Shown here one piece after another: positions 18,201-26,500 of a stretch of 46,231 bases of DNA. A model generated the notes under the pieces. That model was not told the origin of the DNA and did not search any database. It saw nothing but the letters and a program-made list of their open reading frames with translations. Origin of the DNA: an uncultured Bacilli bacterium (GTDB taxonomy: Bacteria > Bacillota_I > Bacilli_A > RF39 > UBA660); assembly GCA_944358855.1 (NCBI GenBank), contig CALVSC010000003.1:1-46231 (forward strand). Reading direction: 5' to 3'. A program made the position numbers and the translations under genes. How positions within the stretch are numbered: position 1 is the stretch's first letter; each line of letters opens with the position of its first letter.

Positions 18201-18406
18201 AACCACAAAGAAAAAGTGAAAATCAAAGACAAAATCAAGAATTATCAGCAATGTTAAGTGATAGTAAAGCACCACAAACGAATACTCGACCAAAAACATT
18301 AACAAAAATGAACTCACAAAACGGTATTACAACAACATCAGGAATTGTACTATTATTAGGATACTTATTACTCGCAACAGCAGCAATTATAAGTATAATT
18401 TCATAA
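15284..18406 (+). CDS. Fusion: GH10 (xylanase-like) TIM barrel + PHP (HisJ-like) phosphoesterase + coiled coil + C-terminal TM
   Basis: GH10 motifs DVFNE, YNDDN, IGTQMH, EITEFD. PHP motifs NYHTHT.RCGHA, GFSDH, GLESE, HPD, GVDAH. Hydrophobic C-terminus. Confidence 0.8.
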   Translation: MNEERMSRIENYINDLINQYASSGITLSPALKERLINSYRSSNASINEIEEKISETIERFIKETMKVKHGETTLKEENGKELSHLDVRYQGITLNIQDIELIQIVDAKSPEELKKVIAEIPRIKDENFDFTQDLETVIEDVFNKYQDTLLSKREVLENPGLELQRKIELFMSSSDASPEVKEKIRPIIEQETTKEEIIKKIEATLTEEEQHESYGIINNLVVVEKEGIKKTNIEAVRNLLEQVRAKDSITLDDVGKYSSLALEDGTLDFTKLQKALEFAKKEGKEVRLNALIFYMDCPDKFYQLEQNEKNHDIVKKALMDYVDQTTRFIKENGYEDTVRSIDVFNELLNRFAMEKEPFYEYRGDITPPRTNDNEIAGWHKHLTIEDLCDVISVARKNLPNTDFMYNDDNILDPKKWDGTRQLLTKIRDYEKAHDIKLIDSIGTQMHINDEVTGKDIKEMFHFLNEFHLPVEITEFDLAMTHKIDIFSGKTLEILRQQQLNEIYKVLEQEANLRGFTIWSKTDNDNFRLTLENERRKKVGEPLIDTLYGGYYTNNYEEKSKALSKSLNRQNFNYHTHTNRCGHASIAKDEEYVKACKESGITQLGFSDHIPFTSIEYPNPKLRMSIDSLDEYLFSIRRLQQENSDINILCGLESEYEENKLSYLNEVRDRLDYMILGQHFVTKDGKKVKKETPEYPIEYAKSVCEAMETGIYDIVAHPDIFMEGREKLEGEEQQEFDKNALIASRMICEQAKRLQIPLELNLAGIIMDKPYPDKSFWAIAKEYQVPVLYGVDAHDPNQIRMYQETIEQLESRINVDNLNFLPSTYNPKESRKENGLEERRQQTRENFPSFEALTVKRIVTQALNSEGELPLDEKITQRIEQLQQKEQQQLEMAISKVEEKISETTQAKDKTPSEKAFLLNQAKTTIRAIKNASTTRSSLMRETLANTQQAKEEGCRTKEEYIERITSLTENSRKPQRKSENQRQNQELSAMLSDSKAPQTNTRPKTLTKMNSQNGITTTSGIVLLLGYLLLATAAIISIIS

Positions 18407-18455
18407 TAAAAGTAAAAACTAAATTGTAAAGAAATGTAAATCACCAAAATACCTC

Positions 18456-18484
18456 TTGTCATTTAAAAAAAAAAACGATACAAT
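18456..18484 (+). promoter_or_regulatory. Sigma-A promoter of the fibre locus
   Basis: TTGTCA-N17-TACAAT; spacer contains an A11 run. Confidence 0.7.
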
Positions 18485-18558
18485 AAATGTGACATAGTAG
18501 GAAAGGGAGCATAGTTAGAGTGATGTACTAGAAAATAATAAAACAAGTGGTGATTAAA

Positions 18559-19257
18559 ATGGCAATAAATACAGTAAATGTAGAAGCACAAAAGGTCTAC
18601 AGAAAAAAACTATTCTCTAGACTAATAAAAATAGCTGTTCTACTATTGATTATTATTTTATCCATTGTTTATTTATTTTTGTATATCGTCTACGATGGTG
18701 GAAGATTTACTGTTACCTTGGATAGAAACTTGTCAAATAGAAAGAACATATTTTTATCAGAGGATGGTAAATTAAAATCTAAAACTAGACAATTATCAGC
18801 AGATACAATTGATTATATGGATAACATTTCAATAAAATGGCTTCCAGAAAACATTGATCAAGAAGCAACAGGTGCTCATAATGGTGACAACTATATTGCT
18901 TATACATTCTATGTGGTAAATGCGGGAAAAGAAAAAGTTCATTACTGGTATGAAGTAGATGTGGACGATACAGTAAAGAATGTCGATGAAGCAATTAGAA
19001 TTATGATTTACAAAAATGGAAAACCTACAGTCTATGCCAAGAAAAATAAGGTTACAAAAAAGGCGGAACCTGGTACAAAGAAATTTGTATCCAAAGAAAT
19101 TGCGGTACTAGAGCAAAGAAAAAATATGAAACCTGGTGCCAAAGACCGATACACCATAGTAATATGGATTGAGGGCGATGATCCAGAGTGCAAAAATGAC
19201 TTGCTTGGCGGAGAAATTAAAATGCATATGGACATCACAGAAGAACATATAGCTTAA
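18559..19257 (+). CDS. Membrane-anchored pilin-like protein (paralogous C-terminus to the next gene)
   Basis: Basic N-terminus plus TM helix; beta-rich ectodomain ending YTIVIWIEGDDPEC...GGEIKMHM. Confidence 0.6.
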   Translation: MAINTVNVEAQKVYRKKLFSRLIKIAVLLLIIILSIVYLFLYIVYDGGRFTVTLDRNLSNRKNIFLSEDGKLKSKTRQLSADTIDYMDNISIKWLPENIDQEATGAHNGDNYIAYTFYVVNAGKEKVHYWYEVDVDDTVKNVDEAIRIMIYKNGKPTVYAKKNKVTKKAEPGTKKFVSKEIAVLEQRKNMKPGAKDRYTIVIWIEGDDPECKNDLLGGEIKMHMDITEEHIA

Positions 19258-19273
19258 TTAAGGAGTGTAAAAT

Positions 19274-20308
19274 ATGAAAAACGAAGAGAAAAACAAAAAG
19301 AAAAGAAGAAAAATATTTTTATCATTATTACTAATTTTGTTTATTGGTGTTATATTAACTGCATCAACCTATACATGGTTCACTGCCAATAGACAAGTAA
19401 CAGTAGATACTTTAGACGTTAACGTATCTACATCAGCAGGTTTACAAATTTCTGTAGACGCTATGGATTGGAAGACAATCGTTACCAAGGATGATATTAT
19501 TGGAGCAAGTGCTACATATAGAGCAGCAACTAACCAAGTACCATCAGGACAAACTAACCCTGTATCAACAGCAGGAACAGTGGATGCTGGAACAGGATTC
19601 TTAAATATGTATCTTGGTACATTAGCAGATACTGATGCATCAGGGCAATTAAAATTAACTGCAACAAAATCAACAGAAACAAACACAACTGATTCTGGAG
19701 AATTTATTGCATTCGATTTATTCTTCAATGTTACAGAAGAACAAACTCTATATTTAACATCTGCATCTAACGTTACAGGTGGAGATACAGGAGCAGGTGA
19801 AACTGATTCTAAAATTCAATACGCATCACGTGTTGCTATGTTACCACAAGGACATGTTGAAAACGTATCTCAAGTTTCAACTATTCAAGCAGCAAAAGCA
19901 ACAGATGCAACAGGTTTAGTTATCTGGGAACCAAATGCTGATATCCATACTGCAACAGGTGTTACCAATGCTGCACTTTATAGCCAAACAGTAAAAGCCG
20001 GAGCAGGAAATGCACCAGTAGCATATTATGGACTTAAAGATGTAATCAGTGCCCCTGGTGTTGACTTTACCTCAACTGATGGAACATATTTCCAACAAGT
20101 TCAAGCTCCAGTATTAAAAACAACAAACTCAACTGGTATTCCAGAAGATAGTTATCTTGAAGTATTACATCTTGAAAGAGGTGTTACAAAAGTAAGATTC
20201 TACATGTGGGTAGAAGGACAAGACGTAGACTGTGAAGACTATGCATCAGGTGGAGATTTAAAATACAACTTAGTATTTAGTATTGATCCACAAGCAAATG
20301 GAGCATAA
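19274..20308 (+). CDS. TasA/CalY-like secreted protein with SipW-type signal peptide; candidate major fibre subunit
   Basis: Lys-rich n-region, h-region, STYT|WFT motif; Thr/Ala/Gly-rich; VRFYMWVEGQDVDC..ASGG; strong SD AAGGAG and its own terminator. Confidence 0.7.
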   Translation: MKNEEKNKKKRRKIFLSLLLILFIGVILTASTYTWFTANRQVTVDTLDVNVSTSAGLQISVDAMDWKTIVTKDDIIGASATYRAATNQVPSGQTNPVSTAGTVDAGTGFLNMYLGTLADTDASGQLKLTATKSTETNTTDSGEFIAFDLFFNVTEEQTLYLTSASNVTGGDTGAGETDSKIQYASRVAMLPQGHVENVSQVSTIQAAKATDATGLVIWEPNADIHTATGVTNAALYSQTVKAGAGNAPVAYYGLKDVISAPGVDFTSTDGTYFQQVQAPVLKTTNSTGIPEDSYLEVLHLERGVTKVRFYMWVEGQDVDCEDYASGGDLKYNLVFSIDPQANGA

Positions 20309-20354
20309 TAAAAAATAAAATGAATATGATCAAGTTGTTGGTCATGAAATAAAT

Positions 20355-20378
20355 AGGCCTTCCAAAAGAAGGCCTTTT
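20355..20378 (+). terminator. Rho-independent terminator
   Basis: AGGCCTTC-caaaa-GAAGGCCT-TTT. Confidence 0.75.
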
Positions 20379-20395
20379 AAAATATAGGAGGGTTT

Positions 20396-20497
20396 ATGGA
20401 ACAAGCAGAAGAATTATTAAAACTATATGGAGAAATAGAAAAACATATAAGATACTTAGAGGATAATAAAATAAGTGAGGATGAAACAAATGAATAA
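20396..20497 (+). CDS. Small 33-aa protein, not in ORF track
   Basis: SD AGGAGGG 3-5 nt before ATG; MEQAEELLKLYGEIEKHIRYLEDNKISEDETNE; stop overlaps the next ATG (ATGAATAA). Confidence 0.6.
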   Translation: MEQAEELLKLYGEIEKHIRYLEDNKISEDETNE

Positions 20498-22142
20498 AGA
20501 ACAACTAGAACAAATAAGAAAAGAAATAGAAACAAATCAAAATCATATTGATAATTTTCCTCTAGAAACGGAAACCGGCACCAAAAAGATGAAAGAAAAA
20601 TTTCATAAAAACGCTGTAAAAGAAAGAAATCTTTATATAGAAAAAGAAATACCTAAATTTAAAGAATATCAAAGACAAGTATATATTGAATTAGATAAAT
20701 ATAAAAAATCTATTTTTCCTGTAGATAAAAAAGAAGAATATGAAAAAGAAAATACATCGATGCTAGAACTATTAAAAATAGTACCATTTATAAAAAAAGA
20801 AGTTGCTTTAGAAGTAAAAATTGCAATCGCTCATGTCTTTTATCAATTATCAAAAGAAACAGAATCTTCATTAGATGTAATCAACGATAGTATATTAGAA
20901 TTTTTAAATATATTTGAAAAAGCAAACATCACTTTAACAGTAGAAGATTTTACTTATAGTCCTTTTGTTAATACTTATATGAAAGCATTTTTAGCAAACA
21001 AAAATAGTGAAAACTTCGATAATGAAATGCAAGAAACATTTAAAGAAGTATACTGGGAATGTCCAGAACTTATTATGCATATTAAACATAATTTGAAAGA
21101 AATTGTTAAAAAGAATTATCAAAAACTACAAGAATATTGCAACTCATTAGAAAACGAATTATTAAATAGTGTATCTTTAACAAAAGACAATATGGAAAGA
21201 ACATATCAAGAAAGACAACATGACTTAGAAGATAGAATGAATAAAGATGAATTTGCGAATTTACAAAAATTCTTAGGTAAAAGTCGTAATATCGATGATT
21301 ATACAGTAGGGGCACCATTACGTAGTAAGAGTTTTAACCAACTAGTAATAAAAGAAACATATGCTGAATTATCTGATGATGAGAAAAAAGATTTTGATAG
21401 AGAAACTATTAACTTAAGTCGTGATTTAAATGTATTAAAAGAATACTATAACTATGAAAGTATTATAAAAGATATGATTGCTCGTTTTAAGAAAAAAGAC
21501 GAATCAAAGACGAAGTATGAAGCTAAAGAAAAGGAAATTATGGCTGAAGAAAAAGCAAGAGCTAAATTATATAAAGATTATCTTAGAGCAACAGGTATAG
21601 GCTTTTTAGCGAGACCAAATAATACAAAAGCCTTAGAATTAAAAACAAAAATAAAAGAACAAATTAATAAACTAGATAACTTATATAAAGAATTAGATGA
21701 TTTAGAAATTGATGTAAATATTGGAAAATATTTAAATGAAGGAAGTAGTGTATATGACTTCTTAGTAACTAGTTTAAGTTCTTATAATTATATTGAAAAA
21801 ACACTAGTAGAAAAGTTCCAGGATGTAGATGTAGACTTTGATTTAAGCAACTACGTAAGAAGATACATGAAATTTATATTTAATCCAAACGTAGAATTTC
21901 TTCATAAAATAACAGCCCTTCTAGATTATGATATTGCTAAGATAGTATCTGAAAAATATGCTCTATTAGGAATAAATATAACAAGTGAAGAAATTAGTGC
22001 AGACACAATAGATACTGCAATTCAAACAGTAGGAGTTGTTGCATTAATTAATAATATTAAAGCATCTAATATGACAATAGAAGAAATGAAATTAATATGT
22101 GATATTGATAAAATAGATTACACCCCAGAAGAAGTATTATAG
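20490..22142 (+). CDS. Hypothetical cytoplasmic helical/coiled-coil protein
   Basis: ~550-aa ORF, K/E-rich, no signal or TM segment seen. Confidence 0.75.
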   Translation: MNKEQLEQIRKEIETNQNHIDNFPLETETGTKKMKEKFHKNAVKERNLYIEKEIPKFKEYQRQVYIELDKYKKSIFPVDKKEEYEKENTSMLELLKIVPFIKKEVALEVKIAIAHVFYQLSKETESSLDVINDSILEFLNIFEKANITLTVEDFTYSPFVNTYMKAFLANKNSENFDNEMQETFKEVYWECPELIMHIKHNLKEIVKKNYQKLQEYCNSLENELLNSVSLTKDNMERTYQERQHDLEDRMNKDEFANLQKFLGKSRNIDDYTVGAPLRSKSFNQLVIKETYAELSDDEKKDFDRETINLSRDLNVLKEYYNYESIIKDMIARFKKKDESKTKYEAKEKEIMAEEKARAKLYKDYLRATGIGFLARPNNTKALELKTKIKEQINKLDNLYKELDDLEIDVNIGKYLNEGSSVYDFLVTSLSSYNYIEKTLVEKFQDVDVDFDLSNYVRRYMKFIFNPNVEFLHKITALLDYDIAKIVSEKYALLGINITSEEISADTIDTAIQTVGVVALINNIKASNMTIEEMKLICDIDKIDYTPEEVL

Positions 22143-22164
22143 GTGACAGTAAGTCACCTTTTTT
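22141..22164 (+). terminator. Rho-independent terminator
   Basis: AGGTGAC-agtaa-GTCACCT-TTTTT. Confidence 0.8.
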
Positions 22165-22224
22165 ATCGTAAATAAATTTTTATTTACAATTTTTCTAATA
22201 ACTATTTTAAAAGAAAAAAATACA

Positions 22225-22233
22225 TGGTATAAT
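22225..22233 (+). promoter_or_regulatory. Extended -10 promoter element
   Basis: TGGTATAAT upstream of the sipW-like gene. Confidence 0.5.
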
Positions 22234-22269
22234 AAAGTGTAAAAGAATAAAGATGGCGTGGTGAAATAA

Positions 22270-23523
22270 ATGAGTACAACAAAAAAAGTAATAAGATCCA
22301 TTGGTTATTTATTTGTTGGTATGCTTGTAGCATTATGTGTATATACATTCATTGTGACTGATGTAATGAAAAAAGACTATGCAAATGTCTTTGGATATAC
22401 CTATTTTGTTGTTGCAACAGGTTCGATGTCTGGAACAATAGAAGTTAATGATGTTGTAATTGTTAAAATTGGAGAAGAAGCCAATATTAATGACATCATA
22501 ACCTACAAAACAGATGATGGAGAATTTATCACTCACCGTGTAGTAAAGAAGATTGATAATCAAATTATTACACAAGGGGATGTAAACAACACAGAAGATG
22601 AACCTATTTCTAAGGAGGATATTGTTGGTAAAGTAACCATGGTAATATCTCCAAGTTTTGTCTTAAAACTAATTGCTGTATTATTAATTATCTTTATCTT
22701 ACTTGCATTCTTAAACTTCGATAAGATATTTAAAAAGATAATTGTAGGAGAAGAAAATATTCCTAAGAAAAAGAAAGAAACTGTACCAGAAGAACTTTTT
22801 TCCACACATCCTGTGAAAAAAGAAGAAAAATCTACTGGTAATACAGTAAATATACCAATTAGCGAAGTATTAAAAATACAAAAAGATCAAGAAAAAGAAG
22901 AACAAGAAGATGAAATTGAAGTATTAGAAGTAGAAGACATCATTGATATTGATGACAATAACATCGTAAGAAAAGAAAGAAACACAGCGAAAGAAAAAGA
23001 AAAAGAACTACTAGAACAAGTAGTAAATCTACTAAGAATTAAAAACGATACGTTAACAATTACAAAAATGAATAAAAGATGGTTAACAAAATATCAATAC
23101 GTATATAAACTAGCCCAAATACTAACAATTGGTGATAATAAAGAACTAGAAGAGACAATAATGCATCCTACATTTAAAGAAATATATGACTATGACCTAG
23201 AAAAAGCTGGCTTATATGAAAATCTAAGAAATAAAATATATGAAATGCCTATATATGTATTCTTACGAATATTAACATTTGCGATTTTATATAATGATCA
23301 AACATTCTTTGATGGAGTATACAAAATATTAAAATATAAAGTACAAATAGATAGTGAAAATAAATTTAAAGAAATTAAGAAGAATGATACTTATGCAAAA
23401 AAACAACTAAAATCACTAATTACCTTTATGGAAAAAATATCTATAAAATACGACAATAAAAAAGTATTTGAACTAGATAGAATAGAACGTTTTGTAAAAT
23501 TAAAAAATTATGTAAATCATTAA
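22270..23523 (+). CDS. sipW: SipW-type (ER/archaeal-type) signal peptidase I with long C-terminal cytoplasmic extension
   Basis: VATGSM (Ser), DIITY, ITHRVV (His), TQGDVNN.ED, IVGKV, second TM, then ~265 extra aa. Confidence 0.85.
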   Translation: MSTTKKVIRSIGYLFVGMLVALCVYTFIVTDVMKKDYANVFGYTYFVVATGSMSGTIEVNDVVIVKIGEEANINDIITYKTDDGEFITHRVVKKIDNQIITQGDVNNTEDEPISKEDIVGKVTMVISPSFVLKLIAVLLIIFILLAFLNFDKIFKKIIVGEENIPKKKKETVPEELFSTHPVKKEEKSTGNTVNIPISEVLKIQKDQEKEEQEDEIEVLEVEDIIDIDDNNIVRKERNTAKEKEKELLEQVVNLLRIKNDTLTITKMNKRWLTKYQYVYKLAQILTIGDNKELEETIMHPTFKEIYDYDLEKAGLYENLRNKIYEMPIYVFLRILTFAILYNDQTFFDGVYKILKYKVQIDSENKFKEIKKNDTYAKKQLKSLITFMEKISIKYDNKKVFELDRIERFVKLKNYVNH

Positions 23524-23536
23524 GAGGGAGGGATAA

Positions 23537-26500
23537 GTGGTGAAAAATCTTGTAGTAAAGAAAACAGCAATTTTTAAGATTTTCATGGCATTTCTTGTCG
23601 CAATTGCCTCTTTTTTTATCTACAACCTATTTACCGCAACCCTAACTTTAAGTGACATAGATATAGAAGCCTGGGATGGAGTAGAAATAGCTACTTCTTT
23701 TTCTGGTGGAAATGGAACAGAAGAAAACCCTTACCAAATTGCAAATGGAAGTGAATTAGCTTATTTAAAACAAATAGTAGAAGAACAAAGTATAGATAAC
23801 CTAAAAGATAAATACTTTGTATTAACCAAAGATATTGATTTAGGAAACAATACTTGGAGTGGTATAGGAAATATTGTAAACAATGAAAAAATAGCTTTTT
23901 CCGGACACTTTGATGGTGCTGGATATACGATTAAAAACTTTAAACTAGATACTCCTAAAACAATAAACAATATAGAGTATTATGGTTTATTTCTATTTAT
24001 AAACGATGCGGATATAAGAAACTTAAATATATATAATGCAATTATTACTACAACAATATCTAGTAATCAAACAAGAATTTCTCTTTTAGCAACCTCTGTT
24101 GAAAACTCTACAATATCTAATATTGCAATTCAAGAATCTAAAATGGATTTAACAAATACTACAGTAACTAACAGCAATGAAATAGCTGGAGTTATCAATG
24201 AGGTGGGAGAAACTTCTACATTATTAAATATATATAGTCAAATGGAAATAACAGATACGAATGGTAATTCATTTGGTAATGTAATTGGAGTATTAAATGG
24301 AGAGGCAAAAAATATTATCAGTCAAACGACTTATAAAAACTTTACACCATTATCTGTTGCGGATATTAAAGAAATAAAAGAAACTGCCAAAGTAGAAAAC
24401 AGTTATAAGTTAGTAGCCAATAATAATGAAGTGAAAATTACATCAGAAGATATGACTATAGAAAATTTAATATTAAATTTAAATGAAAAAATAGAAACAG
24501 ATAAATATTCTTGGACATTAGAAGGAACACATTTAAAAATAAGTAGAACGGAAGAGTTAATTAAGACAACTTCACAAGTAACAGAAGAAGTACCAACGCT
24601 ATTTAATTTTGGAAAAAGTGCAGCTATACCTCTTCATGATACAGCAATAACAACAGATACGGTTTATATTAATGATTTAGAAAGCGATTATAATTATTAT
24701 CATGGACTTAACTTTACATCATCTTCTACAGGAACTCTTCCAACTGGTAATAATCAAGGAATTTATACGGATAGTAACCTTGCAAAGGTCTATATAAAAT
24801 ATAGTGGAGAAGATATTTCAGATAGTAGTATAGTAGGACATATCAGTTTAGATGAACAACAAAGCGCAATGGTATATTATAAATACTATCCAGTGGATAA
24901 TGGATATATCAATGTTGAATTAATTGATAATCCATTTGCTGATAGACCAAACAATAAGGCATTTAATGGCTGGATAACCGATTATCCAGGTGTAGAAATT
25001 ACTTATGATGCCGACACTTATACAAGATATGCTAAAATACCGGTAACCTCAACAAATGGAATACCAGACATAGTAAATATTACATTCTATACTTCATGGA
25101 CGCAAGCAAGCACTTATGAATTAACTTCAAGTAACGAATGGAGTACAGCGTTTTCAAATTTAAATAATTCAGGTATGATAGCTAATGTAAATACAATTAA
25201 TATTTATGAAGATTGTAGCGATTTATATGTTCAAGGAAGTATTGGATTCTTTGAAAATTATCCAAGTGGAGCAGTTGACCAATATGGAGATAGAGTAAGC
25301 GGAAGGTGCTGGGGTACCTGTACATACTACATTGCTGCGGATGCCACCTACGATGCAACTCAAAATTATTATGAATTTAATGGAAACAGAATGCAGTCAT
25401 ACCAACCACAAATTGTTGATACAAGCCACGTAACAGGAGTACCTATCGGTTCATCTGCTGCTGGATTATATGAACAAGTAACATTAAGTAGAAATCAAAG
25501 TATTGCCGGCTATTACGACGAACAAGGACAATATCAAACTAGCGGAACTTGTAATAGTTATGGTGGTTGTACATACTATAATATGCTTCAGTTTTACGAT
25601 GAAAATGGTAATGAAAATGTCGTTACAGAAGACAGTAATTATTATTACTTAGTAACAAGAGATACCAATATTATTGTTTTAGAAACATCAGCCAATCCTA
25701 ACTGGAACAGTAATAAACCATTTACGTTAACTGGAATAAATAATGGTACAAAATATAACGGAAGTATTTCACTAAGTAATAACTATATAGATGCTTTAGC
25801 AGATACTAGAATTGAATATATTGGAATTACAAATAATGATAGTAGAACAACAAATGATGACACTACGCCAGCATCAGATTATTCATCAGGATACATCTAT
25901 GGAAATTGGTATAATTTAAAAATTGGTCGTGGAATTACAGGAGCAAGCACTAGATATGTAAATGCCATGGCAGTAATAGCTGGTAACAATGATTCAACAG
26001 GAAGTAGAAATAATTTAACGGAATATAAATTGATTATTGAATCAGGCGTATATAATATGATATCTCTTACGAACGGAAGTGCTGGAAGTGGATGGTTCGG
26101 TGGAGGAGATGATACTTTATATGTAGATGGAACGGGAATATATGGAAGCGATTATGACCGCGTCAGCAACAATAACGACAATCTAGATATTACATTCTGT
26201 GCCTCAGGAAGCTGGGGAGATAATGTTTATTCTTCATCAGAACAAACAGGTGTTGCACTTCATACAAATATAAAAAGTGGAGGATTCGGAACGCAAGAAT
26301 TAGGTTATTCAACTGGAGTTTATATCGGTGGACGTGGCGGAGGAGAACATTATGCCGCAAGAGATGCCATTATAGAAGGTGGAGATATCTATAACCTAAT
26401 AGGTGGACCATTAACGGCAACAAATAGAAGCAATATAAATGATACTTACATCAATATTAAAGGTGGAACCATTGATATGGTAATTGGAGGAGCTGGTGCC

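Noticed and set aside
11449-18406. tRNA-anchored integrative element
   Set aside because: No integrase and no duplicated tRNA 3' end (att site) were found; the accessory genes lie on the tRNA 5' side.
18485-18558. c-di-GMP or other riboswitch in the fibre-locus leader
   Set aside because: The leader is short and I could not find the GEMM conserved elements or a convincing fold.
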